Below are positions 14,087 through 28,030 of a stretch of 64,000 nt of DNA, piece by piece (position 1 is the first letter of the stretch; every line of letters starts with the position of its first letter). The notes beneath the pieces were generated by a model. The model was not told the origin of the DNA. It made no database searches and was given only the letters and a program-made list of their open reading frames with translations. The DNA is from Lama guanicoe. Lineage: Eukaryota. The stretch spans positions 2,170,001 through 2,234,000 of the forward strand of contig MU053304.1 in the NCBI GenBank assembly GCA_013239625.1, written 5' to 3'. A program made the position numbers and the translations under genes.

Positions 14087-17000
14087 AACAGTTGTTGGAA
14101 ACCAGATACCTCGTGGAGACATGGGTAGGCTCATGTCTTGTCCTTGCCAGTGCAAATGTGAGAAGTGATGGTTGACAGGGCACTAGCCTGGGGTGAAGCC
14201 CAGGAGATGGTTGGTAGGTCGAACTATGGGTACCGATATGGACAGGAAAACGTTGGATTTGGTTGCTTTGGTAGAGTTGCCAGCATATTTATTTAACTTA
14301 CAGTGTCAGGGTTAAAGAGCTAGAGTTGGATCCATTTACCCTAAAACATAAAAACATACAGCACAGTACTCCTTATGTATGAGTGCGTATCCAATGCTTT
14401 TTGACCGTGAAGAGGTTTCTTGCTGAAATTCTGCTGGGACTTTGTATAGACTGAATTTAAGAGACTTGTGAGGACATGGGGGCTATTTAACTGAAATACG
14501 TTTTTTATGCCCTGATTATCGTTTCTTTGTTACTCATATTCCTTTCCTGACAACTCTTATATCGAATAGATTGAACATTGAAACACTAAAAGGCCGTATC
14601 AATCATTGCTATTATAGTTCTTAGGACCTTTGGTATTTTTTTTATAGTTGTACAAGCTATGACTTATCAACAATAATTGTTTCTTTAGGCAGTAATTTTT
14701 AATTTGTTTTTTATAAGGACTGTCCCCAGAGTGTGGCTTGCAGTGGAATCTAAGCAGTAAAAGTCACCTTGGCAAATAATTTTGTATATACTTGTATTTT
14801 TCGGTCTGAGTAAGAAAAATCTACTTTTCACCCAAAGCACACAGGATCTATTTCGCCATGAGCCTGATAATGAGACAGTAATTGGTGTGTAAGCCGTTCA
14901 TTCTCCAAGTTTTCTCACGGGGCATAATTTGTCTCTTATTTGTCAGGGATGGGTTCTGGGAAACAACAGTCCCATTCATGATGGGCAAAGCAAATGGACT
15001 AAAACATTATCATAGCTGGGATTAATGGTCCACTATGGATTTATGTCAAGAATGTTAATGATTTGTTTATGAATAAGTGGGCCTGTCGCATGGTGAAACA
15101 GGAGCCTGCAGAACTGCTGAATGGACAGTTTGCTTGCAGAGGATTCTTGGAGGAAATAAATACTCTTGCCAGGCCCTTTGCATCTCTGAAATTGCTACTG
15201 TGAATTGACTTTGGGGTTTGAAATGGTGGCATTTACCTTACACGATCCTGGGCTCGCTGTTGCTGGTCTTGTGACTCTAAATTTTCCTGAAACAGCATGG
15301 AGAAGGATTACCTTCTTAGGATTGAACATAATTTGTTTCTGGTAAAATATGGTGAGAAAATAATGATTTAATTAAATCTCTCATTGAGTAAAATCTCTCC
15401 ACTCCCCTGCTACCAGATTATGTGTTCTTTTTCGAAAAGCACGTTAATCTGGAAGACATGAATTTGCGGTAGATTTTAATTGGCAGATGAAAGTCAATGA
15501 TTGCTAGGTAGAGTTTAGGAAATGAAAGATAAGCCAAGATTATATAGTGATTTGTATACACACATATGTGTGTGTGCGTGTGTATAGTATGTGTGTGTGA
15601 TGGGTGTGTGTGTGGCTTGCGGTGCAAGTGTTTATGATGTAATTTGATGATGTGTATGTTGGCTGCTTTTTAAACATCCACCTTTTTACAAATGATGATG
15701 TTGGCTTTCTCTTAAGAAGAAATTTAAAGTTAACTGTTATTCTATCTATGTTAAAGAGTTTTTTTTTTCTTTTGCTTTGGGATAGAATTAGTATAGTCAA
15801 AATTTCTTGACTTACATTCAAAGAGTCTTAATAACTTAAGTACCAAAGTAACCGTATATACACTTCTAATTGCAGTCTGAGAAGTTTCATACCCCAAATA
15901 TGACCTAAACGATATTAACATACAGACTTCTATATCATTAGAAAAAAATGTGTAATATTTGTCTCATGAAAGTGACCTCTGCATTTTCTAGCCAGAGGGC
16001 ACCCATAATGGTTAATTTGCTTGATTCTTACAGCAGTCTTGGCTGTTCTGTGGTTATAAAGCCACGGAGTCAAGTCTCAAGTCAAAATTACTTGTGTCCA
16101 GGTCTCAGGTTCTTTCTGCTGTGTAATATTGCAGAATCAAAACCCATTTGACCTCACTTCTTGTATCCCCTCTCCCTTCTGTGTTACCATCATGATTGTC
16201 TAGGTAGGTGGACGAACGTACCGAATGCTGTTGAAACAAGATGGTGGGCACAGATGGGCTTCCATGGATCAGAGGACCTCTTGACACAATGGGAAAGTTT
16301 TGTCTATATCTTGTGCTTCTTGGATTTTCTCTGACTCCTCAAGTGCTCCATGATCTCTCAAAAGATAATTTTTTTTCTTCTACCAAATTATTAACTTAGC
16401 CCATGTCTAACTGTAGACCCCATGTCTAATGGGTTGGATGAACATGGGTTGTTTCATTCTCATTATCATTTTTTGTATAGTGAACGTGATATGGAAATTA
16501 AGAAACTGGTCTTCCTAAGTACGCACTTATAAGTTGTTCTCATTCTTCTCTAATAGTAATAATACTCTATGTGAATTATACTCCACTCCTAAGTGGCAGC
16601 TTTGGCAATAAGCAGCAGATACATAGCTTTGACCTCTTCCAACCATTGGAAGGTCCATCTTAGAATGGACTGAGTGTAGACAAGTGTGTATTGATCAGGG
16701 CTCTTCCAGAATTAAGAGAAGAACAAGTACGGTTTGTTAAATTTCCAGCTTTATTCAATCCCATTTTAATACTATGATGGGCCTCCATGAAGTCTTTTAT
16801 CATTAGGCACAAGGTGGATGTGGAATAGAGTTGTTAGCAAAGACTGGGTAGACTTAAATCCAAAGGGTACTGTTGAACATCCATTGTAAACAAGGCATTA
16901 TTGATTCCATGCTTGGGGATGAGAAGATGTGCGAGGGCTGGGCTGGATGCTGAAGGAGCTGGGTGTGTCCATCCACGTGTAGACTGTGGTCATGATTCAC

Positions 17001-17784
17001 TCATGTGCAGGCTCCTTTGTGTTCCACTGCTCATATTTGCATCCATTAACCATTAGCATGTTAACCATTTCAAGGTAAGAACCCTTTACTGGGAATGCTA
17101 CAGTATAGTTGTTTAGCATAGTATTTCCGGTATAGAAAGCATATGTAGTTACATGATTTATTTTTCTTATATGTGTACATCTTGGATTTAGGATTTCCTT
17201 CCCCCATCCCCTCCACAGATGTGATGATAGTAAGACTGATTCTGCAGAGAGCTAAAAACCCATCCCATTACCTTGCAGCCCTGCCTTCTGCATCTGGAAT
17301 TTTTCACCTGGCTCTGTCAACTTCAAGATCTGTCATCCTCTAGGACACTGGCTCTCAAGTCCTCATATTCATTACAATCACAAGGGCTTTTGTTAAAAAT
17401 GGAGACGCCTTTCTCCTACTCAGAAATCTCCTACTATAACCAGCATCGCAAAGGATTCTGATGTAGGAAGGACTCTGTACGTGGGCTTTCTAGAGGGATC
17501 ATCAACAACCCTCTGAAACTATTTTCCACATTTGGATTCTGTCATTTTTCTGGGGACAAGATGCAAAATTTTGTTTAGATTTTCAAAAGGGTCTGAAATC
17601 CAAAAAGAGTTTGTAAGACATTCTTGTGGCTGAAATGAGGACATTAATTGTAACCATACAGTTGTTACTTTTTAATTTTAACTCTCCCTTTCTGTGGGTG
17701 TGGGCTGTCTTTTCACTTTCTTAATGATGTCCTTCTTTATTGAACTATAGTTGATGTATAATATTATACTTTTTAAAAAAATCT

Positions 17785-17875
17785 TTTTTCCCCTTAATGG
17801 AGGCACTGGAGATTGAACCCAGGACCTCACGCACACCAAGCACATGCTCTGCCACTGAGCTGTATCCCCCTCCCC
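17785..17875 (-). mobile_element. tRNA-derived camelid SINE (short, diverged Vic-1-like copy) next to a short antisense L1 tail fragment (about 17735-17770)
   Basis: ggaggcactggagattgaacccaggacctcacgcacaccaagcacatgctctgccactgagctgtatccccctcccc is the reverse complement of the SINE head. Confidence 0.85.
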
Positions 17876-18820
17876 TACTTGTAACCTTTGAGCTTGGCAG
17901 GTAAATGGATTGAATTCATAGGCAGTGTGATGGAATCATATTATAATGGGAAAACTATTAGAATAATTCATTTTTATTTTCAAACTAAAAAAGTACTACT
18001 TTTGGAATACAGTTTTCTGTACTTTGTCAATAACACTTAAAACGCAATACTAGCTTTGATCAGGTGACTTTTACAGAAAGATAAAACTGACGTTTATAGA
18101 TGCAGAAGTACATTACTTGCACCTTACCTGAGCCTGGTGTGATGGACTGCAGACACCTGACATTCTTTTAGTAGAACAGGCAGCCTGAAACCCACTTCAA
18201 TTAGCCATCCCAGCCCAGTACCCCTGGAAGTTCTGCAGTTACGCCAAACACCTCATCTACCACTCATTTTCACAAGGATGTGGTGGTAAGAAGGCATTAA
18301 TAACTCAGAGCAGACGTGGTGTAGGTGAAATAATCATGTTATCAAAGTAATTGACTGGAACTCCAAGAAAAGTCCCACTTTGAGTTTCAGAGAGAGACGT
18401 GGATAAAAGCCAAATTGATGGCTCCCCTGGATTCAGAGCTTCGTCAGTTCTCTGAAACTTCTGGGTAATGAGGACCCTTTGCAGAGTAGTGGTAAGAACC
18501 TCGTATTCTTCAGGCATGTTTCCTGTGCTTCCAGACAGTCAAATTAATAGGTAGTTTTTCTTCAGGGATTAGATGTACTTTTCTTTTGAAGAAATATTTG
18601 ACAATTATTCCCTGGGATTGTCAGGGTACTCTCTGTGAGTGAAGATACAAATAATTTAACTACCAGCTTCACTCTCTGTCTCTTCACATAATAGCAGGTG
18701 GCAGAGAAGGAGCCCAGCTGAAAAATACCATGGGAACTCGAGTGGTGTGGCTTTGGCTGGTTAAGACAAGAAAGATTTTTCATCTTCAGAGTCAGAAAAA
18801 ATGCTTCTGAAGCAAAAATA

Positions 18821-19600
18821 TCATTAGGGAAATGCAAATCCAAACGATGAGATACCTACCCCCTCACACCCATAGGGATGGCTACTGTCAAAAAGAAGAG
18901 AAAAGAACAAGTCTTGGTGAGAAGGTGGAGATATTGGAACACTCATGCACTGTTTGTGGGACTGTCAAATGCTACAACTGCTGTGGACGGCAGTAGAGCT
19001 GTTCCTCAGAAAATTAAAAATAGAATTGGTAATTATTATCCAGCAAATCCACTTCTGAGCCCGTACCCAGTAGAACTGAAAGGAGAGTCATGAAGAGATA
19101 TTTGTGCGTGCATTTTTATTGCAGTATAGTTTGCAATAGCTAAAACGTGGATGCAACCCAAGTGTCCATCAACCAATGAGAGGATAAACAAAATGTGGCA
19201 TGTACATATGGAATGATATTCAGCCTTAAAAAGGAAGGAAATTCTGTACATACTACAACATGGATGGACCTTTAGGACAGTCTGTGAAGTGGAGAAAGTC
19301 AGTCTCACAAAGACAAATACTGTATGATTCCATCTACGTGAAGTACTTGGAGTAGTTGAAATCATAGAGGCAAAACGTAGAAATGCTGGGGACAGGGAAC
19401 AATGGAGGAGTTAGTGAAAGGTCACAGAGCTTCAGTTGTGCGGGATGGCAGGAGTTCTGGGGATGCATGGTGATGGTGATGGCACAACAGTGAGAATGTA
19501 CTGAACACCCCTGCACTGCATACTTAAAAGTGGTTGAGATAAATTACATTTTATGTCACTATGTGGATTTTTACCAGGATAAAAACAATTGGAAAAAAAA
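18821..19600 (+). mobile_element. L1MB-like ORF2 C-terminus and 3' UTR
   Basis: tcattagggaaatgcaaatc...gcaacccaagtgtccatcaaccaatgagaggataaacaaaatgtgg...aaggaaggaaattctg...acaaatactgtatgattccat...gagttctggggatgcatggtg. Confidence 0.88.
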
Positions 19601-19717
19601 GAAAATGATTTAAAGATGTTTTCAAACAATTAAAAACTAAGAAAGATCTTCTTTCTTAGTTGTCTGTCTCTTGTGGGCTGGAGACCAGTTTTATTTTTAT
19701 TTTTTCGACATTTAATT

Positions 19718-19836
19718 AAATGTATTGTGGCAATCATTTTGCAAATATAGACATATTTCAAGTCATTACGCCGTACACCTTAAACTAATACAGTGTTGTG
19801 GTATGTCAATTATATCTCAATACTGATGGAAAAAAA
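19718..19836 (+). mobile_element. L1 3' terminal fragment
   Basis: tattgtggcaatcattttgcaaatatag...gtacaccttaaactaatacagtg...gtatgtcaattatatctcaata followed by an A run. Confidence 0.75.
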
Positions 19837-21814
19837 TTCACTCCTTTTTATGATGAAATAGTATGTGGAGACTAGTTTGAAATGAAAATGCCAAGTGCAG
19901 AGATTTGGGTCAGGCTGAGGTCTGCCGGTGGAGACGCCTCAGGGAGCATTCGACTTCGGGAAATGGTTAGCCCATTTATTTAACAAATGTTTGGGTCCCT
20001 CCACGCAGGGTGTCGGGTAAGGTGCGGGAGATGGAGCAGTGCTCACACTCACATTTATTTCTTCTTCTCTTTGAACCTGATGGTTCTCCCAGGTTAAAGA
20101 TGCCTTTATCCAAATAACTGAAATAGTCTAAACATTTGTTTTTTGGTGGTATATATATATATATTTTTTTTTTGCTTTGACAACTGGTATTTTCATAGTA
20201 AGAGATTTATTTCATGGTATAGAAAAGTATGGAAAAGAGAGCCAGGTTCATAAAGACTCTGCTGTTAATGCTTTGGCATCTGCTCTACATTCCTTTTTCT
20301 ATATGTACCTACTTAGGCGCACACATGTGCTTACAAAACAGGAAACAGATGATACATTCTGCTTTGTGACCCTCTCATTTGTCTTAATATATGTCCTTTG
20401 ACATGATTCCATGATGGTATGGTAAGTTTTCTGTTTGTATTTTCAATGGCCAGGAAGAAAATTAAGAGATTTTTGGATGTTTTGGTGAACATCATGTCAT
20501 TATAATGGCAGCGGTAAAGTAAGTCATGAAAAAATACCAGCATGGTTGACAGTCCTGAATACAAGGAGATGTGGGTGCTGGACAGTCACCAGCAGAGTGG
20601 GAGCTGCGTGGTGGGTGTTGGAACTGAGACTGGTCATAGAGGCAGCGGCAGCTGATGACCACGGGAAGTTTGGGGCCAGGAGACCTTCCAGCAGAAGCCC
20701 TGTGTTCTTCTTAGATGCTGAGCCTGGCAGAGTCTGATTCGGAATTGTTTCTTCACTCCGTAAGGATGCCTTGAGTGCCTTCCCTGGGCTAAAATGTGCT
20801 GGTTCCTGGTAATCTTAGGTTGAAAGGACCTATTCCTTTTCTCTGAGGAGCTGCTGGTGTGGTGGGGGAGGCAGATGCAGCCAGGCTACAGTGAGGGGTA
20901 CAACATGTGGAGATTTGGACCAGCTTCTCAACAGGTAAACTCAACAGCCACCAGGCCTCAGAGAGGGGAGTGTTCCTTGACGGTGCTTTTGTGGGCGGGG
21001 ACCATGCTGATGTTACTTCAGCCATCTCCTCTTTTCTCAGAGCCTTTTTGGTAAAAAGAAAAAAGATTAAGTATCCTTGGGCTACCCGTCCCTGGAGCAG
21101 CTCTCTGTATGTATGCACGTGATTGTCTGGCCCCAGTAAAGCAGGGAGGTGCGGGCTGATGCGTGCCTGAGAAGGAGTTACAATGGCTTCACCAGTGGCC
21201 GTGGCCTCTTTTCCCGCTGGACCCGGCATGAGGTGAGGGACTGAAGCCGCAGGGTTACTGCTCAGTTAAGCAACCTCACAAGTGAATCAATTTTCCTTCT
21301 CCAAGGTCTCCCTAGTGGTGGAATCCTTCCAGAATGAGGACAGGTGGGCATGAGTTTCAAACTGACTTCCTAAAAGTGTTGATGGAAATTATGTTGGTGT
21401 GTAAATGAGTGTGTGTGTGGAATGTATGCAGGAACGTTTTGCTATTTGATTTCAAAATTACATTTCTTTGATTATGATATGTGTTTCATTATACAGTCAA
21501 GCTCTGACTTGCAAAATACTGAGATACTGTTGGACTACTGCTTAGAATTGATTGGCTTTGATAGAGAGACATCCTTATTTTTACATTAATTTTTTTTAAT
21601 TTGAAATTTTCCATTCATTTTAAAGAGATATATTCCATACAACATTAGAGCAGCTTTTGAAAACTCAGTGATGGAAATAGCTTATAGATTTGATAAATCT
21701 AAAACTTCCCTGCTGAAGGAAGCTTACCCTAATTAACCTCAGGTGTACTTAATTTTATTATCTGTCTTTATTACTTGAAGAAATTAACTTCATTGTTTTG
21801 TTATAATCAACCAC

Positions 21815-22930
21815 AAAAATGCATATTTATTAAAAGTCTTCTATGAGCCAGGCACTGTTCTTGGTACCAGAACAATGCTACCAATACAATTGTGATGGAA
21901 AACGAGAGTTCCTGCTTTCCAGGGGATGCTGTTCCCATGGTGGGAGACGTACAGTACACCTGCCAACAAACAGTGAAAATGTCAAATAACGTAGTACAAT
22001 AATATAACGTAACCCAACGTCAGGCCGTGCTAGGGCCGCGCAGAGGATGAAGTGAGGTAACGTGATGCTTGGCGGAGAGCTGCGTTAGCGCAGGGGGAGG
22101 AAGCCTCTCTGAGAACCTGCTCTTTGTAACTTGAACAGTGAAAAGGCAGTTGTCTCATGAATGTCTGGGGAGGGTATATTGTAGGCAGAAGCAACAGCAC
22201 CTGCAAGGGCTTTAGGTTGGAAACAACCTTCGTCACAGTGGCTAGAACAATGTGAGGGAACAGGACAGAAGAGGACAATGAGATTGGAAAAGTAGTCAGA
22301 AGTTAGACCTTATAAGCCATGGTAGGGAGTTTGGAATGTCATCTTATGAGCGATGGGAAGCTGGTGGTGGACCTAAAACAGGGAGTTGACAGGTGATCTA
22401 TTCTCACAGAAAGTGGATGTCTGACGGTTGTTTTTTTGGAGGATGGATTTGCAGCAAACAAAAGTGGAGGCAGGGAGGCCAGTTATGAGGCTGTTGTACT
22501 AAGTCTAGAGAAAAGATAGTGCTCTATCAGTGGGGGTGAGCAATGGTTGGATTTGGGATCTATTTTGAGTAGACAGTAGAATTATCAATAAGTAGGGTGT
22601 AGACTTTCAGAGAAAGAGAGAAATCAAGAGTGTCTCCTAGGGTTTTAGCTTAAATAAATAGGTGAATTCACTGGGATGTGAGGGAGGAGAAGGTGGAAAA
22701 TTTCTTTTTGGAGAAAGCTGTGTATTCTGTTTTGACCATAATGATTTTGAGATACGTTCAGACATCAAAGATACTGAGAAGGTAAGTGTGTATATAAATC
22801 TAGATTACAGAGGAGCGGTCTTGACTACGCATATGTTTGAGAGTTACTGGGTATAGCTGGGATGGAAAACCACAGAGCAGAGTGAGCTTGCCCAGGAGAG
22901 AATGCGGGGAGACACGGTTTGAGAGCAGAG
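21815..22930 (-). mobile_element. L2 (about 1.1 kb)
   Basis: catatttattaaaagtcttctatgagccaggcactgttct...aggcagaagcaacagcacctgcaagggc...ggaggcagggaggccagttatgaggctgttg...agagaaatcaagagtgtctcctaggg. Confidence 0.82.
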
Positions 22931-24051
22931 CTCCTCTGTTGGCTTCTCCTGTACTAGACCTTGAAATGTTGTACTACCATATCAGCTGCTGCTGAGGACA
23001 GATGTTGAGAACAGATTATTGCCATACACTCTGTGAATATTTGAAAGCTATTTATGTTGCATAAATGATCCTCTAATAAATTATGAAATTTTCATGGAAA
23101 AAAATCTCATGTGTTTTGCTTTGTATCTTCGTAGTACAATGGAAAGGATGATAGATTTGGAGAGGATTTGTACAATAGTTTCCAAGAAGTATTTGTTTGA
23201 AAATCTGAGATTGCTTTCTTAGTGTTCCAACATTTTATAGCCTTCTGTTACTTTAAAACCTGAAAGCTATCAGGATTTTTTATTTGTAATTGGTTGGGTT
23301 TGCACCAAGACCTCAGAAAAATTTCATTTCAGCTGTTCAGTGCTACCAACTCTTTATAACCTTGGATCTTAAGCCAGAGTACTAGAAGTTGAACTGAGTT
23401 TTTCAGAGTCGTCTTTTTGTTTTCTTTCATAAAAGAAGGAAACGAATTTGAAATGGTAGTAAAACAGTCATAGAGGGAAAAACGATGATCCAATAAATAT
23501 CAGTATTCCATTATTTGAAGAATTACAAAGAAAATATTCAGCTTGTGAGTCTCAGAAACCAAAGCAAGGTGAATTTTATTAGCTGTCCTCTGTTACAGGT
23601 AAGAAATTTTTACCGTGTCATGGTACCACGGTGTAACTCTTTACCATTCAATACTACATATTTACCATTAAATGTGCACTGTTTCTATAATTTTAATTAT
23701 GTGGTATTTGGCGTGTATAACGGCAAATTTTGTTTCATCTGTACATTAAGACATGATTTATAGTATGCAGTTACATAAGATAGGGTAAAGTGTAACTTCT
23801 AATTACTGTTGTTAAGTGGTGCCACATTCTTATAAATTATTTTTGAGTTTTTTAGAGTTGGATTAGTATATTATGTCTAATAATTTTTCACTGGATAATG
23901 GGTGTAATTTCTAGGAGGCTTTAAAACAAAAAAAAATCCAAAAAGTTTTTCCTTTCCTTAGTGATTTTATTATATATACTTTGCAAAGTTTCCATGTACC
24001 ATGGAAAGATACCAATTCTGATTTATATCAATTAAATCAACATTATTATTA

Positions 24052-24100
24052 TTATTTTTTAACTTTTTTTTATTGAATTATAGTCATTTTACAATGTGTC
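24052..24100 (-). mobile_element. Extremely 5'-truncated camelid-type L1 tail
   Basis: tttttttattgaattatagtcattttacaatgtgtc flanked by TSD aaatcaac(a/g)ttattatta at 24034-24051 and 24101-24118. Confidence 0.8.
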
Positions 24101-25434
24101 AAATCAACGTTATTATTATATAATTGAAATTCTTTGTGTGCCTTTTTTTTCTGCCTTGATTCCTCTGTTTCTGAAAATGGATTGTTAGTCTCATAGTATT
24201 ATTTGTCTGTCATTTTTCTTTTGCATTCTAATGTATTTTGTGTTATATCTTTGGATTGTATATTATTTGACACATAAAGGTATGTGATCATTCATTTAAA
24301 AACTGTGCTCTTTGTCAATATATAATAATAGCTTTGATCTTGTGTTCTACAGTTGATACTGTCTTACATTTTGTCTATTTGCCCATCCTCTTTATTTTTA
24401 ACCCATTTGTATAAGAGTATATCAATGTTACGCAAAGTAAGGATTCAATAAAAGATCTTTGTCAGCCTTAAGAAAGAAAGCTTTTCCAATCCTCACAGAA
24501 ACTTTGGGAGGTGGGTTATCCATTGTAAGGGTGAAGGAAGTGAAACCTAAAGCATAAACATGACTTGCATGGTATTAAATAATTAATAATGATAGAGCTC
24601 AGGTTTTAAACCTGGTCTGTGTGACTTAAAGTTTGCCTTGTATTGCCTGCAGGCAGTTTTATGAGCAGTATGACACTGCATTGTATGTAGCACAGTCTGA
24701 GAAACTGTAATAAGACAATTTGACTCATTTACATTTATTGTTACAACTGATCTACTCATGACCATTTTGATCATCTTACTGGAGCTTTGTTTTTCATATG
24801 TTTCCGTATACTACATGTTTTACTTAATTATGCTTAATTTTGTTTTCTCTAGTGATTTAGAAATGATAGATAGTTTTTTTTTTATCTTTGAAGGTATATA
24901 TCCTTTGGCTATGTTTGAAGAATGTTTTTGAAAAGCTTAACCTATACTTTTTTTCTTATTAACATTAACAGTGAAATCGTATGATTTTACTCCAAGGACA
25001 AAATAGAATTCAGCAAAATTCTATTTTCTTCTCTCCTTCTACTTCCCAGTCTTTGAAAATACAACCTAAAGGTTTTATACCCAGACTATTATTATTGAAT
25101 TCTTATTTTTTGCATTATTCACCTTCATTTTTGAGAAATAATTTTGAATTTGGTCTCCAATGTTGTATCAATACATCAATAACTTTTTAGATCCTCCTTA
25201 ATATTTAATTGTTTTAGTGATCAGTCTTCCTATATCACACCTTTACTATCCTTGGATTCTTAAGTTTGGTGTTTCTCTCACTTTGCATCTTTCAGTACAT
25301 TTATAAGAAAAGAAGGAAAGCGGGGTATATTCTAAGCACTTGCAATCTATATAATTGATTTATTGAATGGATTCTTGCTTTTATCAAAATTCTATATTGC
25401 TCTGGCTGAAAATATAAATTGCATAATCCCAGGG

Positions 25435-26560
25435 CTGTACATTGCAAGACTGTATTAGCAAAAGCCTGGAAATATCTCAAAATACATAAGGAGGGGACCA
25501 GTTTAATAAACTATAGAACACACATGCTCTGAATACTAGTCAGTTATGAAAAGAAGTTAAGAATTATCTCTAGGACATATTGCTAAGCTAAAAAAAAGTG
25601 GGGAAGATTGTGTGTAGTTTCCTATTGTTTAAGGAAGGAATGGAGAAATATGAATATATATGCATATATATGTAGTATATGTGTATGTGTTTATATATAT
25701 GTGTTGTGTGTACATGTATACATGATAAATCAAAGAACTAAAAAATGGGGTTATTATAGAGGAAGCAGGGACAGGATAGAGGGGCTAGATACAGAAACTA
25801 GAATTTTCTAAATATAGAAAAAAGTTGCAGAACTATATAAATATAGGTATAATAATACATAATTATGCATGAAATTAAAGCAGATCAAAATCTGTATTCT
25901 CTAAAAACTGAGGGCAAAATATAAACAATGAAGGTTACTCTGTATCAAGTTGGTGATTTAACTTCATGGAGGAGAATTACTTCAAATGATTGTAAAACAT
26001 TTTCATCTGTCCCCCCATCGCTAGTGAGATATAATCTAAAAACAAAGGGAAAATTTGCAAAGATATATTAAAATGTTTTTGTCAATCATTTGTTTTACTG
26101 ACCTTTTTAATGGTAATAATATTGGTATTGTTATTCTATGTGATTACATGTATATATGTATATATGTGTATATATGATATATACATGTATTTTATGCATA
26201 GTATATATGTATATGCATATATTTATAACTCATGTATAAATAATCATTTTCTAATGTATCTTATTTGCACAGTATCCTATACTGTATAACTAATTTACTT
26301 TATCCCATGTGTTCATACCCTCACACTCACATATGCTAGCACACAAATAGTAGGGTATGTATTATATTTTGTTATATATATTCTATATACATCATAAAAT
26401 GAACCAAATAAGTGATTATGTTCATGTCACTAAGGAACCAAGATTTTAGTAAGTATACATTCCAAGAATTAAACATAGACCCTATAATTTAAAATTTGAA
26501 TTGGAAATACCTCTGTATTTAATGTAATCTTATTTTTATTTTATTTTAAAAATTCATATT
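25435..26560 (+). mobile_element. Old L1 (L1MC/L1MD-like) 3' region with internal TA/TG-rich microsatellites
   Basis: tagcaaaagcctggaaatatctcaaaatacataaggaggggaccagtttaataaactatag...ggagaattacttcaaatgattg...taataatattggtattgttattct. Confidence 0.6.
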
Positions 26561-27484
26561 TTTCTTAGTTTTTAAAATCCTTTGTTTCTTAGGGGTGATG
26601 TCATTTTATATACTATTGAACTTGCAAAATGGTTTTCTAAAATTTTCTTCAAGTTTCTATAGTAAACAGTATGTGAAAGCCTGCCTCTTCATCACACTTT
26701 TTAGAATGACATCTTCTTTCTCTTGTTCTGGGATGTCTTTCAAAGGTTCTGTGTGGGTTTCTTCCTTTTTTAAGGGAAATGCCTAAATTCATAAAGATTG
26801 AGTTAGTAATAAATCTTAGGTCTTCTCTTGCTTTAATCCAATTATTTAAGTTTTTGTGTGTGTATCTTTTTTTTTTTTTAAACTTCTGAACTTGAGATTA
26901 GTCATTTCGAAATAATTTTTTGAAGACTCAGAAAGTTCAGTATACCCTTGGAATAGCTGTGGGTCTGCTCAAAGCCCAGAACAACAAATTAAATTTAATT
27001 CCCTCTTAGAATTTTCATTAGGTTTTCTGGACCATCTCTCGGTGGCGAGGGACTGGGGATTATGCTTCTTATGCATGGAGGTGATAAGTCCTCTTTGACA
27101 GTGTCTTTCCATTTCGCAGCTTCAATGCCTCTCCACAACACTGCCTGCTCTCTTGGGAAGCCATTTTGAAAATAACATATGGCTCCCCTTTCATTTTGTG
27201 AAACCCAGTGTTTAATTTGGCTGGGAGCAAAATTGTACTTGACATCAATGTTACTTGTTTTTATTTCTGGAAAAATGACTCTGAAAGGTCATTTTCCAAT
27301 GAGGCTACAATATAATTTTATTAAGTGCATCGTATTTATTTATGACATGTTAAGTTCTTCACACACGCACGCACACACATTCACACGACATGAGACGTAA
27401 CAGGACAGAGCCCTTGTTCGTAATACCCCAGAGACCTGACTCTCAAGAGCAGTAATGTCATCAATTGTATTTACACGAGGTCTG

Positions 27485-28030
27485 TGTGGTGGACCAACAA
27501 TGGCTGCAGATTTGTTGCTGTTTCTCCCATGGGAACGTGGAGTCTAATTTCGCCCTCTTTGAATCTGAGTCGGCTTTAGTGACGTCACCAGCAGGATGTG
27601 GCAGCAGTGGCTTTCGGAGACGTCTGAGGCTGGGTCAGAAGAAGCCTTGCTGCGGCAGCTTCCGCCCAGGCCTTTCAGAACATGCTTTCTGGGAGCTCTG
27701 AGCCACCAGCTAAGAAGTCTACCATGAGTTCATCCTGGAGAAGCCACATGCAAGGGTCTGGTCAACGGTCCCACTTGAACCCAGCCTTCTAAGCCATCCC
27801 TCCCAAGCCACCAGACAAGTGAGTGAAGCCTTCCTGACCGACCTGTCCACCAGCTGAATGTCACTAAGCCACCCTACTCAGCAGCTTGTGGAGCCAGAGA
27901 ATCACCCAGCTGAACCCTGCCCAGATTTCTGATCAACTAAATTATGAGATTTGCTTTAAAAATGATGTTGTTTTAAACCACTAAATTTTGGACTAATTTG
28001 TTATGCAGTAAGAACAAGAGAACCAGAGTA
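27485..28030 (+). mobile_element. MaLR solo LTR (MLT1G/H-like)
   Basis: tgtggtggaccaacaatggctgcagatttg...ctctttgaatctgag...gagaatcacccagctgaaccctgcccagatttctga...ttgttttaaaccactaaattttggactaatttgttatgcag. Confidence 0.85.
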
